Counted from the stretch's first letter, positions 38,696 through 47,363 are shown. The stretch: 64,000 bases of DNA from Bradyrhizobiaceae bacterium (GCA_947481685.1 CANKHA010000010.1:5573-69572); one strand, 5' to 3'. The notes: generated by a model not told the origin, from the sequence alone. Numbers and translations are program-made.

Positions 38696-39793
38696 ATGGC
38701 TGAAGGCAACGTGCCGGCTGACAAGTTCATGGTCGACTCCTATCTCGACTGGAGCGCGGGAGAGGGCGTGCCGATCTATGAAGGTTTCGGGATCGATATG
38801 CTGGCGATCGAAACGCATCCTTGGGCGCGCTTTGGCGTCAATGGTGCCATCGTGCATGTCAGCGGACGTGGCGACGCCATGGCCATTTTTGTTCTGGAGA
38901 TCCCGCCGGGCGGGAAGACCATTCCGCAGAAGCATATTTTCGAGGCGGCCTTCTGTGTCCTATCGGGATACGGCAACGGGACGATGGAACGCTACAACGG
39001 GGAGCGCCACCAGTTCGAATGGGCGGTCAACAGCGTATTCGCTCCGCCTCTGAACACGCGCTATCAATTTTTTAATGGCTCGGGCAGCCAGCCGGCGCGC
39101 ATCGCGGTTTCCTGCAACCTGCCCGCTGTTCTCAATCTCTTTCACAACGAGGCTTTTGTATTCGACAATCCCGGGGTGTTTCCGGATCGGGAAGCGCCGG
39201 AAAAACATTTCAAGGGCGATGGTGAATTCATTCCTGTGCGCCCCGGCAAGCATATGTGGGAAACGAATTTCATTCCGGATGCAGGTAGCCTCAAGCTGCG
39301 CGAATGGTCAGAGCGTGGACAAGGCGCATTGCACGTGCAGTTGATCCTCGCGGACGGGGTGTTGCACTCTCACATCTCGGAAATGCAGGTCGGTACCTAC
39401 AAGAAGGCGCATCGCCACACGCCGGATGTGCACATCTACATCCTCTCGGGTGAAGGTTATTCGCTGATCTGGTTCGATGGCGACAAGGACTTCAAGCGTG
39501 TCGATTGGAAGCATGGATGGTGCTTCGCGCCCGAAGACATGATGTTCCATCAGCACTTCAATACGGGCACCGAGCCCGTCCGTTACATCGCCTTCACGCA
39601 GGGCAGCGTCCGCTACCCGATGACGGCGCATATGCGCAAGGTCTATGCGAAGGTGGACCGCAGCGTGAAGAATGGTGGCGACCAGATCGAATATGCTGAT
39701 CAGGATCCTCGTATTCACGCCATGTATGAAGAAGAGTTAGCCCGCAAAGGGTTGACTGCGAAAATGAACCAAACAGCATCGGTGAGTGCATAG
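38696..39793 (+). CDS. Bicupin protein, paralog C
   Basis: ATG 38696 directly after AGGAGAGG. 365 aa. The C-terminal barrel has AHRHTPDVHIYILSGEGYSLIW and FHQHFNTG, near-identical in context to paralog A. Confidence 0.8.
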   Translation: MAEGNVPADKFMVDSYLDWSAGEGVPIYEGFGIDMLAIETHPWARFGVNGAIVHVSGRGDAMAIFVLEIPPGGKTIPQKHIFEAAFCVLSGYGNGTMERYNGERHQFEWAVNSVFAPPLNTRYQFFNGSGSQPARIAVSCNLPAVLNLFHNEAFVFDNPGVFPDREAPEKHFKGDGEFIPVRPGKHMWETNFIPDAGSLKLREWSERGQGALHVQLILADGVLHSHISEMQVGTYKKAHRHTPDVHIYILSGEGYSLIWFDGDKDFKRVDWKHGWCFAPEDMMFHQHFNTGTEPVRYIAFTQGSVRYPMTAHMRKVYAKVDRSVKNGGDQIEYADQDPRIHAMYEEELARKGLTAKMNQTASVSA

Positions 39794-39828
39794 ACAAGCT
39801 CATCGAGCTTCCTGGGGAGGAGGTAAAG

Positions 39829-40893
39829 ATGTTGAAGAAAACAAGGCAGTTAGGCACGTTAGCGCTAGTTACGACGGCTTGTGTCGGCATCAGTTTTGCC
39901 GTCGCGGCACAAGAGGTGGACTTCAAAGGCAAGAGCATTACCGTCCTGGTGGGTTCGGAGGTTGGCGGCGGTACCGATGCATCCGCCCGGTTGATTGCGC
40001 CTTTTCTGCAGAAATATCTTCCCGGTCAGCCGTCGGTCGTCGTGCAGAATGTGCCGGGCGCGGGTGGAATCAAGGCGGCGAATTTTTTCGTGCAGCAAGC
40101 AAAGCCGGATGGTCTGACGACGCTTAACGGGTCGATTTCGATGCTCGATCCGTTGACCGCGGGGACCAAGAACTCCCAATACGACACCAAGACGCTGAAG
40201 TTCATCGGCGGTATAGGTCGCGGTGGTGGCGCCATCTTCGCGACCAAGGATGCAGTCGCGCGGCTGCACGACAAGTCCAAACCGCCGGTTGTCATCGGAT
40301 CGGCGCTGGCGGTTCCGCGTTCCATCATGCAGCCGGCCCTTTGGGCCATCGAATATCTGGATTGGAACGCCAAATGGATCGTCGGTTACAAAGGCACCAA
40401 TGATGTGATGCTGGCGCTTGATCGTGGCGAGATCGACATGACCTCCACCGGTAATCTTTTCCAGATCAAGGACCGGCTCAAGAGCGGACAGCTCAAGCTC
40501 GTTACGCAGTCCGGATATCTTTCTGGCGGCAAGCTGCTTGCGCGCGAGGACTACGGCGACACGCCGCTGTTTCCCAACCAGATGAAGGGCAAGATCAAGG
40601 ATCCGGTGGCCTCCAAGGCCTATGACTATTGGGAGGCTCTCAACAACGGCGACAAATGGATGGCGCTGCCGCCTGGCACGCCGGACAAGATTGTCGCTGC
40701 TTATGAAGCGGCTTTCGCTAAGATGTCGAAAGATCCCGAATTCCTCGAGAAGGGGGAGAAAATCAGTGATGGCTTCGTGCCAATGACTGGTCCGGATATC
40801 GCAATGATTGCGAAGACGCTCGCGGACACGCCGCCGGAATCTCTGGAATTTTCAAAAAATCTGATGCGCAAGCAGGGCATCAACGTCGAGTGA
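39829..40893 (+). CDS. Bug/TctC-family periplasmic solute-binding protein (subfamily 2)
   Basis: 354 aa. Signal peptide, then KGKSITVLVGSEVGGGTDASARLIAPFLQKYLPGQPSVVVQNVPGAGG. Confidence 0.9.
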   Translation: MLKKTRQLGTLALVTTACVGISFAVAAQEVDFKGKSITVLVGSEVGGGTDASARLIAPFLQKYLPGQPSVVVQNVPGAGGIKAANFFVQQAKPDGLTTLNGSISMLDPLTAGTKNSQYDTKTLKFIGGIGRGGGAIFATKDAVARLHDKSKPPVVIGSALAVPRSIMQPALWAIEYLDWNAKWIVGYKGTNDVMLALDRGEIDMTSTGNLFQIKDRLKSGQLKLVTQSGYLSGGKLLAREDYGDTPLFPNQMKGKIKDPVASKAYDYWEALNNGDKWMALPPGTPDKIVAAYEAAFAKMSKDPEFLEKGEKISDGFVPMTGPDIAMIAKTLADTPPESLEFSKNLMRKQGINVE

Positions 40894-40991
40894 CGGCTTC
40901 GCATTCGCGGAAGCCGTTGATGAGTGTTCATGTGCGTTGGCCAGCTAGGCCGCATCCATAGCGGCAGGTCGGGCGACGGGAGGGAGAGGCA

Positions 40992-42038
40992 GTGAAAACA
41001 GTCGGTTTGTGCCTGCTTGCAAGTTTCATGGCGAGTTCGCTTGCCCATGCGCAGGGCAGCGACGCGCCCGCCGGCAAAAGCGTCAATCTCGTCATCACCT
41101 CAGCTTCGGGTGGCGGTACGGACGCCTATGGCCGGCTGGCTGGAAGATTCCTGGAAAAATATCTGCCCGGCTCGCCCACGGTTGTTCCCCGCAACATTCC
41201 CGGCGCCGATGGCATCACCGCGATGAATTATGTGGTGCAGCAGTCTGTCCCTGACGGCAGTACCGTGGTGGTGACATCGAATACCATGGCGGACCCTCTC
41301 AATTTCCGAAAACCGCAGTCACATTTCAATCCTGTCGATTTTGTCGTGATCGGCGGGGGTGGCCGCGGCGGTGAGGTCCTGATGATCAAGAAGGAGGCCA
41401 AGAAGCGGCTTTACGACAAGAGCCAGCCTCCGGCCGTGATGGGATCGCTCGGCGGCATTCCGCGCTCCGGCATGCAAATGACGGCATGGGGTATAGAGGC
41501 CCTTGGCTGGAATGCCAAATGGGTTGTCGGATATCGCGGCACCAACGAACTGACGTTGGCGCTTGAGCGCGGAGAGATCGACATGACCTCGACCGCCAAC
41601 CTGTTCCTCATTCAGCGCCTGATCGCGACCGGGAATTTCGAGATTCTTTGTCAGAGCGGCACGTTGAAAAATGGTGCGCTCACGTCTCGTCCCGAGTTTG
41701 GTGACGCGCCAGTTTTCACCAAACTGGTGGAAGGCAAACTCAAGGATCCACTGGCAGCAAAGGCCTTCGAATACTGGAGCACGATTGCGGTCACGGACAA
41801 GTGGATGGCGCTGCCGCCCAAGACTCCCAAGGCCGTCACCGAGATCTATCGCGCAGCCTATGCCAAGAGCATGGCGGATCCGGAATTCCTCCAGGCGGGA
41901 AAAAATATTAGCGACGATTTCGTGCCGCTTTCCGCGCCGGAAGTCGAAATCCTGATCCAGAAGCTTGGAAGCCTTCCGCTTGAGGCGACCGAATACATGA
42001 CCGTGATCCTGCGGAAGCAGGGCCTCGATGTTCAATAG
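40992..42038 (+). CDS. Bug/TctC-family periplasmic solute-binding protein (subfamily 2)
   Basis: GTG start after GGGAGGGAGAGG. Signal peptide MKTVGLCLLASFMASSLAHAQ, then GKSVNLVITSASGGGTDAYGRLAGRFLEKYLPGSPTVVPRNIPGADG. Confidence 0.9.
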   Translation: MKTVGLCLLASFMASSLAHAQGSDAPAGKSVNLVITSASGGGTDAYGRLAGRFLEKYLPGSPTVVPRNIPGADGITAMNYVVQQSVPDGSTVVVTSNTMADPLNFRKPQSHFNPVDFVVIGGGGRGGEVLMIKKEAKKRLYDKSQPPAVMGSLGGIPRSGMQMTAWGIEALGWNAKWVVGYRGTNELTLALERGEIDMTSTANLFLIQRLIATGNFEILCQSGTLKNGALTSRPEFGDAPVFTKLVEGKLKDPLAAKAFEYWSTIAVTDKWMALPPKTPKAVTEIYRAAYAKSMADPEFLQAGKNISDDFVPLSAPEVEILIQKLGSLPLEATEYMTVILRKQGLDVQ

Positions 42039-42086
42039 CTGTCCACCAATCGCAATAAGCGCTGCGGCGCTAAACAGGAGATACAT

Positions 42087-43217
42087 ATGGCGAATAACAT
42101 GGAAAAAGTCTCATTCCCTTACCGGGCAACAACGCATCTCGCCTTCCTGCACGTGGTGGGACAGTCGGGATCCTGGGCCAAGCACGGCCTTGATGTGAAC
42201 TACGACTGGCAGATTTCAAAATCCGACGCTCACCATGCCATCGCCAGCGGCGAGGTCGAGTTTGTCGGCGGTAATCACATTTCAACTTATGGTAAGCGCG
42301 CCCGCGGCGACCAATGGGTCTATGTTGGCCAGACGCTGAACAGTGTGCATTCCAAGCTTGTGGTCCGTCCTGACTCCGGCATTAACGGCGTGGAAGACCT
42401 GCGTGGAAAACGGGTGGGCACCCGCGGCAACCATCCGGGACTTAATGACTGGCTGTTCTTCAAGCAGCGCGGCCTCGATGTCGATCGCGGCGATTTCGAG
42501 TTTGTGCGCGAGTACAAGGGACAGACGGTGCTGGAAGACGTCGAGCAGCTTGAAGGGCCGGAAGCTGCGGCTGCAAAGCAGAAGAAGCATAATCCGCTCT
42601 GGGCCTGGGTGCGCGACGGCCATGTCGACGCCGCCCTTGTGATGCCGCCCGGCTATCTGTTCGCCGAAGAAGCCGGAATGAAGGTTATCGACGTCGATCC
42701 GCTTCCGATGATCTGGTACACGACCGTCTCCACAAGCCTTCCCTTTGTCGAGAAAAATCCGGAGCTCGTCGAGCGCTTCCTGAAGGGCTTGATCGAAGGG
42801 GTGCATTACTTCAAGACGCATCGGGACGAAAGCATCAAGATCATCGAGAAGTATCATACGCGCGAAGGCCAGCTGAACAACGCGCAGGCCACGTATATGT
42901 ATGACGAGATTGCCCCCGGATTGAGCGCGAAGCTCTACCCGACAATGTCGGCCATTTCGAACGTCTATGAGGCCGCCAAGCGTTTCGACTCTGCTGCCGT
43001 GGACATCAATCCCATGGAGCTTTGGGATATGCACCACGTTCGCCGCATCGACGACAGCGGCTTCATCGACAATCTCTACAGCGGACAGCCAAATCCAAAG
43101 GCCGCGACCCAAGCCAAGGATCCGGAGTTCAAGAAAGAACAGGCCAAGAAAAAAGAAGACGTGATCGCCAAGATCAAGGCATGCGGTCATCCGATGGGCG
43201 AGAGTTGCGGCTGCTAA
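42087..43217 (+). CDS. NMT1/THI5 - SsuA/TauA-like solute-binding-fold protein without a signal peptide, with a Cys-rich C-terminal tail
   Basis: 376 aa. It starts directly with the mature-type strand MANNMEKVSFPYRATTHLAFLHVV and has no hydrophobic leader. GKRVGTRGNHPGLNDWLFF is typical of the NMT1-like SBP fold. It ends ...KIKACGHPMGESCGC. No ABC permease or ATPase genes are adjacent. Confidence 0.7.
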   Translation: MANNMEKVSFPYRATTHLAFLHVVGQSGSWAKHGLDVNYDWQISKSDAHHAIASGEVEFVGGNHISTYGKRARGDQWVYVGQTLNSVHSKLVVRPDSGINGVEDLRGKRVGTRGNHPGLNDWLFFKQRGLDVDRGDFEFVREYKGQTVLEDVEQLEGPEAAAAKQKKHNPLWAWVRDGHVDAALVMPPGYLFAEEAGMKVIDVDPLPMIWYTTVSTSLPFVEKNPELVERFLKGLIEGVHYFKTHRDESIKIIEKYHTREGQLNNAQATYMYDEIAPGLSAKLYPTMSAISNVYEAAKRFDSAAVDINPMELWDMHHVRRIDDSGFIDNLYSGQPNPKAATQAKDPEFKKEQAKKKEDVIAKIKACGHPMGESCGC

Positions 43218-43232
43218 CTTTTATGGACTGAA

Positions 43233-43259
43233 GGCGCGTCCCAAAAGGGCGCGTCTTTT
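43233..43259 (+). terminator. Probable rho-independent terminator or attenuator
   Basis: GGCGCGUCC-CAAAA-GGGCGCGUC: 9-bp stem (two G-U pairs) followed by TTTT, 16 nt after the stop at 43217. Confidence 0.5.
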
Positions 43260-43294
43260 CACAAGGGCCGTCGAACCGGGACGCGGAGCAGAAG

Positions 43295-44767
43295 ATGGAA
43301 GATACTAAGGTCGATGGCATTACGGAAGAGTCGCAACAGGCGGCCTGGCGAGACCTGCGGGAATTCCTCGACATCGCCAAAGAGCGTGGCGAACTGGTCG
43401 TCGTCAAAGGCGCCGATCCGCATCTCGAGATGGGCGCGCTCTACGAACTCAGCCTGCGAAAGACCTATCCTCCGGTTCTCCTGTTCGAAGACATCAAGGG
43501 CTACCCGAAGGGCTATAGGGTCTGTACCAATATGCGAACCTCACCATTGTTGGTAGGCAACCTCGATCTTGAGGCCGTTAAGAATCTTCGCCGCGCGCGG
43601 CAGCGTGGGATCAAGAACAGCATTCCGCCCCAATCTGTGAACACTGGGCCGGTTATGGCCAACATCCAGCGTGACGACGATGTGAAGGTTTTGAGCTTCC
43701 CGGCGCCGAAATGGCATCCGCTTGATGGGGGCGGCTACATCGGCACTGAATGCCTCGTGATCAATAAAGATCCCGACAGCGACTGGGTGAATGTCGGCAC
43801 CTACCGCGTGATGGTGCACGACAACAAAACCATCAGTGTTTTCATCGAGCCCGGTAAGCACGGCGACATCATTCGCAGAAAATATTGGGAGCGCGGACAG
43901 CCTTGCCCGATCGTGGTCTGCGTCGGACAGGCGCCGGTTCTCGGAAACGTTGCGGGTTCGCCTTCAGGACAGGGCGTTTCCGAACTGGCACAGGCTGGTG
44001 GCCGCATCGGTGAAGCAATCCGTGTCGTGCATGGAGAAGTCACCGGCTTGCCGTTCCCGGCGGACGCGGAGCTGGTGTTTGAAGGCTTCATGCATTCGCC
44101 GGAAGTCGAAAGCCGGCCGGAGGGCCCGTTCGCCGAATGGACCGGATACTATGCGTCCCATACGCGCCCAGAGCCGGTTGTCAGGATCACCCGCGTCTAT
44201 CACCGCGACGATCTCATCGTGCTTGGTCAACCGCCGGCCAAGCCGACCTATCCCGGCCGTCAGTTCAATCTCATCAGCATCGCCGCGCTATGGGACGCGC
44301 TGGAAGCGGCGGGCGTGCCGGATATCAAAGGTGTGTGGAAATTGCGGGGTGGCGGCACCCGTTTCATCAATGTGATCTCGATCCGCCAGGCATTTCCTGG
44401 CCACGCCAAATTTGCCGGCATGGCTGCGATCGGTACCGTGGGTGCCTTTATGGGCCGCATCAACATTGTCGTCGAAGACGACATCGACATCACCGATACG
44501 GCTGAGGTGATGTGGGCGTTGGCGACGCGTTGGGACCCAGCCACGCAAACCGACATCATCAGTGACTGCTGGACCGGCAACCTTGACCCGACGCTGACGC
44601 CGGCGAAGCGTAAAAGCGGCGATCTCACCAACAGTCGAATCGTGATTTACGCCGTTCGGCCTTTCCATTGGAAGGACGAATATCCGAAGGTCAATCAGTT
44701 CGATGCCGAAGAATTGGAGAAGGTCCGCAAGAAATGGGAGCGGGAGCTGCCGTTTCTGAGATTATAG
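43295..44767 (+). CDS. UbiD-family (prFMN-dependent) decarboxylase/carboxylase, paralog 2
   Basis: 490 aa. WRDLREFLDIAKERGELVVVKGADPHLEMGALYEL and EGPFAEWTGYYA are UbiD-family patterns. Confidence 0.9.
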   Translation: MEDTKVDGITEESQQAAWRDLREFLDIAKERGELVVVKGADPHLEMGALYELSLRKTYPPVLLFEDIKGYPKGYRVCTNMRTSPLLVGNLDLEAVKNLRRARQRGIKNSIPPQSVNTGPVMANIQRDDDVKVLSFPAPKWHPLDGGGYIGTECLVINKDPDSDWVNVGTYRVMVHDNKTISVFIEPGKHGDIIRRKYWERGQPCPIVVCVGQAPVLGNVAGSPSGQGVSELAQAGGRIGEAIRVVHGEVTGLPFPADAELVFEGFMHSPEVESRPEGPFAEWTGYYASHTRPEPVVRITRVYHRDDLIVLGQPPAKPTYPGRQFNLISIAALWDALEAAGVPDIKGVWKLRGGGTRFINVISIRQAFPGHAKFAGMAAIGTVGAFMGRINIVVEDDIDITDTAEVMWALATRWDPATQTDIISDCWTGNLDPTLTPAKRKSGDLTNSRIVIYAVRPFHWKDEYPKVNQFDAEELEKVRKKWERELPFLRL

Positions 44768-44796
44768 GTCAAGCAAGTAAGTCGTTTTCGGAGATC

Positions 44797-45840
44797 ATGA
44801 TGATGCGCTTCGTACCAACCCTGTTTGCCGCAGCGGCAGTTGTCTGCCTGACATCCCCTGTCCACGCCGCCGAACAGGTCTCGTTCGAAGGGAAGTCGAT
44901 CAAGATGATCATTCCGACGACGGCCGGTGGCGGTACCGATATCTCGGCGCGGCTGTTCGCTCGTTTCCTCGGCAAGTATCTTCCCGGAACGCCTGCCATC
45001 GTGCCGCAGAACATGCCAGGGGGAGGTGGCGTCACACCTTTGAATTTCTTCGCCCAGCAGGTGAAACCGGACGGGCTAACGATTTCCTTCTCGTCGAGCA
45101 CGGAAGCCGATCCGCTTACTTTCCGCGCGCCCCAGGCCCAATACAATCCGGCAAAGTTCGGCATCATCGGTGGTTTCGGGCTGGGCGACCAATTACTGAT
45201 CATCCGCACGGAAGCGCTTCCGCGCTTGCTCGACAAGAGTAAACCGCCGGTGGCTATGGGCACGGTTGCCGGGCAGCCGCGCGGCGGCATGCGGATGACG
45301 CTGTGGGGAAATCTCTATCTCGGCTGGAACACCAAATGGGTCACCGGATATCCCGGAAGTTCCGATCTCCTGCTCGCAATTGAACGCGGCGAGATCGATA
45401 TGACCTCATTCGCTCGCGAATACATCGTCGATAAATTGATGGATCCCAGCAAGTACCGCGTCTTTTATGCCGATGGGCTGGGCAGGCACGCACGCTCGTC
45501 AGGCCGTCCCGATTTCGACAATGCGCCGAAGTTTATCGATGTGATGGAAGGCAAGATCAGCGATCCGAAGATGCAGGAGGCCTATAACTACTGGCGGGCG
45601 GGATTCCTGTTCAAGTGGGTTACTTTACCGCCGGATACGCCGCAGGCCATCGTCGATGTCTATCGGGAGGCTTTTCAGAATGTGACTGCAGATCCGGAAT
45701 TCGCGAAGCTGATGGATCAGGTAATGCAAGGCTACACGGTGGTCACGCAGGAAGAGATGGTCGTGGCGATCAACGAACTCGCGGCAACTCCCGACGAAGC
45801 TTTAAAGACCACTGACGAACTCCTGCGCAACCTGAAATAG
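44797..45840 (+). CDS. Bug/TctC-family periplasmic solute-binding protein (subfamily 2)
   Basis: ATG 44797 gives the signal peptide MMMRFVPTLFAAAAVVCLTSPVHAAE, then GKSIKMIIPTTAGGGTDISARLFARFLGKYLPGTPAIVPQNMPGGGG. The track start at 44668 overlaps the UbiD gene. Confidence 0.9.
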   Translation: MMMRFVPTLFAAAAVVCLTSPVHAAEQVSFEGKSIKMIIPTTAGGGTDISARLFARFLGKYLPGTPAIVPQNMPGGGGVTPLNFFAQQVKPDGLTISFSSSTEADPLTFRAPQAQYNPAKFGIIGGFGLGDQLLIIRTEALPRLLDKSKPPVAMGTVAGQPRGGMRMTLWGNLYLGWNTKWVTGYPGSSDLLLAIERGEIDMTSFAREYIVDKLMDPSKYRVFYADGLGRHARSSGRPDFDNAPKFIDVMEGKISDPKMQEAYNYWRAGFLFKWVTLPPDTPQAIVDVYREAFQNVTADPEFAKLMDQVMQGYTVVTQEEMVVAINELAATPDEALKTTDELLRNLK

Positions 45841-45853
45841 GCGTGCGCGCCGG

Positions 45854-46897
45854 TCAGGGATAGGTGATGGCCGCCGGAGTGCCTGGTGCCAGTGGACGCG
45901 GATCGACTTCTACAAGGCCGTGACTGAGCCTGATACGATACGTTGTGAGCTTTTCCGTAAATGGCGCCGGCGCGCAGCCGTCCGATAGCCGATATTGATA
46001 GCCGTGCCAGGGGCAGGTTACGCAGCCGTCGATGATCCGGCCTTCACCCAGCGGGCCCTGCTGATGGGCGCAGAGATTGGTCAGCGCGCCGATCTGATTG
46101 CCATCGCGGAATACCGCGATGCGTTCGCCGCCGGGTGCTACTACGATGCGCGCACCCTTGTCGGGAATGGAGTCGGGTACTCCGACCACAATCCAGCCTT
46201 CGCTGTTGACGGCAATTCCCTTATCGACCCCCCACTCGCGCCAGCCAGCCATCAGGTGCAGCACAACGACGGAGCCAAAGCCCCCCACCAGCAGCAGCGG
46301 CACAAAGGGGGATTGCGCTTTATCCTGCATGGAACCGAGCGCGACATGCATCACCACCAGCCCGTAGGCGACATAGATCGCCATGTGTATGGCCTTCCAG
46401 GCTCGGGGCGTGAGGAACATCAGCCAGAAGTCGTGGCTGGTAGCAGCCATCACGAAAAAGATCAGAAAGGCGGCAATCCCGAACACCTTGAAGGGAAAAC
46501 CGATGAATTTTGCGTAGTCCTTCCAGGTTGTCAGCTCGACGGCGAGGTTCGGCAAGTTACCCTGCACGATGTACCAGCTCAGCAGGAATCCCACATGCAA
46601 TGCTGCTACTGTGAACGCCAGCACGCCAAAGTGACGCCGGTTGTACAGAAGCGGCAGGAAGCGCCGGTTCAGTCGGGACAGCGGGCCGATGGAGAGGATG
46701 ATGCTGATCATCAGAAACGCGCAGGTGCCGGAGGTTTGGATTCCGATATCGATGGCATCCGGAATATTCTTTGGCGGAAACAGTTGCCAGGAGATCGCGG
46801 CAAAAACGGAGGTGTAGATCGCGATAGCGACAAGCAGAATCCCGTCATAGATGAGCTTGTCACGGTTCCACTGCACCGCGCGGAAGCCGACGCTCAT
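45854..46897 (-). CDS. Membrane protein: ferric-reductase-like (di-heme b type) transmembrane domain fused to a C-terminal Rieske [2Fe-2S] domain
   Basis: 347 aa with about 6 hydrophobic helices. His pairs sit within helices (HFGVLAFTVAALH and HMAIYVAYGLVVMH). The C-terminal Rieske motif is CAHQQGPL...CPWHGYQY. AGGAGA RBS. Confidence 0.75.
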   Translation of the reverse strand: MSVGFRAVQWNRDKLIYDGILLVAIAIYTSVFAAISWQLFPPKNIPDAIDIGIQTSGTCAFLMISIILSIGPLSRLNRRFLPLLYNRRHFGVLAFTVAALHVGFLLSWYIVQGNLPNLAVELTTWKDYAKFIGFPFKVFGIAAFLIFFVMAATSHDFWLMFLTPRAWKAIHMAIYVAYGLVVMHVALGSMQDKAQSPFVPLLLVGGFGSVVVLHLMAGWREWGVDKGIAVNSEGWIVVGVPDSIPDKGARIVVAPGGERIAVFRDGNQIGALTNLCAHQQGPLGEGRIIDGCVTCPWHGYQYRLSDGCAPAPFTEKLTTYRIRLSHGLVEVDPRPLAPGTPAAITYP

Positions 46898-46918
46898 CGT
46901 TGTTCTCCTGTCATGCCA

Positions 46919-47023
46919 TTACGCGGGAGCGTGAAGGGTCAAGGCCAACGCCAGCCCAATCGTGACAGCAAGCCCCAGCAGCGGCCAAAACATACGATGA
47001 AAGGAGCGCTGCGACCGCGTCAT
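46919..47023 (-). CDS. Possible 34-aa single-helix membrane peptide (below the ORF-track size cutoff)
   Basis: My translation is MTRSQRSFHRMFWPLLGLAVTIGLALALTLHAPA. Its ATG overlaps the stop of the upstream 83-aa ORF (ATGA), and it ends 21 nt before the Rieske-fusion gene start. The support is positional only. Confidence 0.3.
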   Translation of the reverse strand: MTRSQRSFHRMFWPLLGLAVTIGLALALTLHAPA

Positions 47024-47271
47024 GGAATGCTACGCGATTTCAGCCAGCGGCCTAGAACGTAAGGCCACAGCAGGGTTGCCGCAGGGAGGAGAACAATCCG
47101 GGCGCCCATGGTGAGGGAAGAATGCGTCACTTGTTGTGCGCCAACAGCCACGAAGGCAATTGCCGAAACCAGACCAATCGCGAGATAGATGGCAAAGGCA
47201 TAAAAGACGGTCATGGTGATTGCGACGTATCCACGTATGTCTGATGGATAAAATCGCCTATTACGCTTCAC
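47020..47271 (-). CDS. Small two-helix membrane protein, start uncertain
   Basis: The hydrophobic core is MTVFYAFAIYLAIGLVSAIAFVAVGAQ...ARIVLLPAATLLWPYVLG. There is no good RBS for either GTG 47271 or ATG 47214. Confidence 0.45.
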   Translation of the reverse strand: MKRNRRFYPSDIRGYVAITMTVFYAFAIYLAIGLVSAIAFVAVGAQQVTHSSLTMGARIVLLPAATLLWPYVLGRWLKSRSIP

Positions 47272-47363
47272 AAAACAAGGCCAGCCTCTTCTGCGCCGGC
47301 AGATATACGGTTGCTCCTCGCGGACGTACGCCTCGGACGGCGATCTTGCTGTCTGCTGGCTGT

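Noticed and set aside
42282-43190. 302-aa minus-strand ORF opposite the NMT1-like gene
   Set aside because: It is an antisense shadow. The plus-strand gene has a strong AGGAGA RBS and SBP-fold motifs.
45995-47062. 355-aa plus-strand ORF opposite the ferric-reductase::Rieske gene
   Set aside because: Its composition is Arg/Gly/His-rich and non-protein-like, with no RBS. The minus-strand gene has clear TM helices, a Rieske motif and an RBS.
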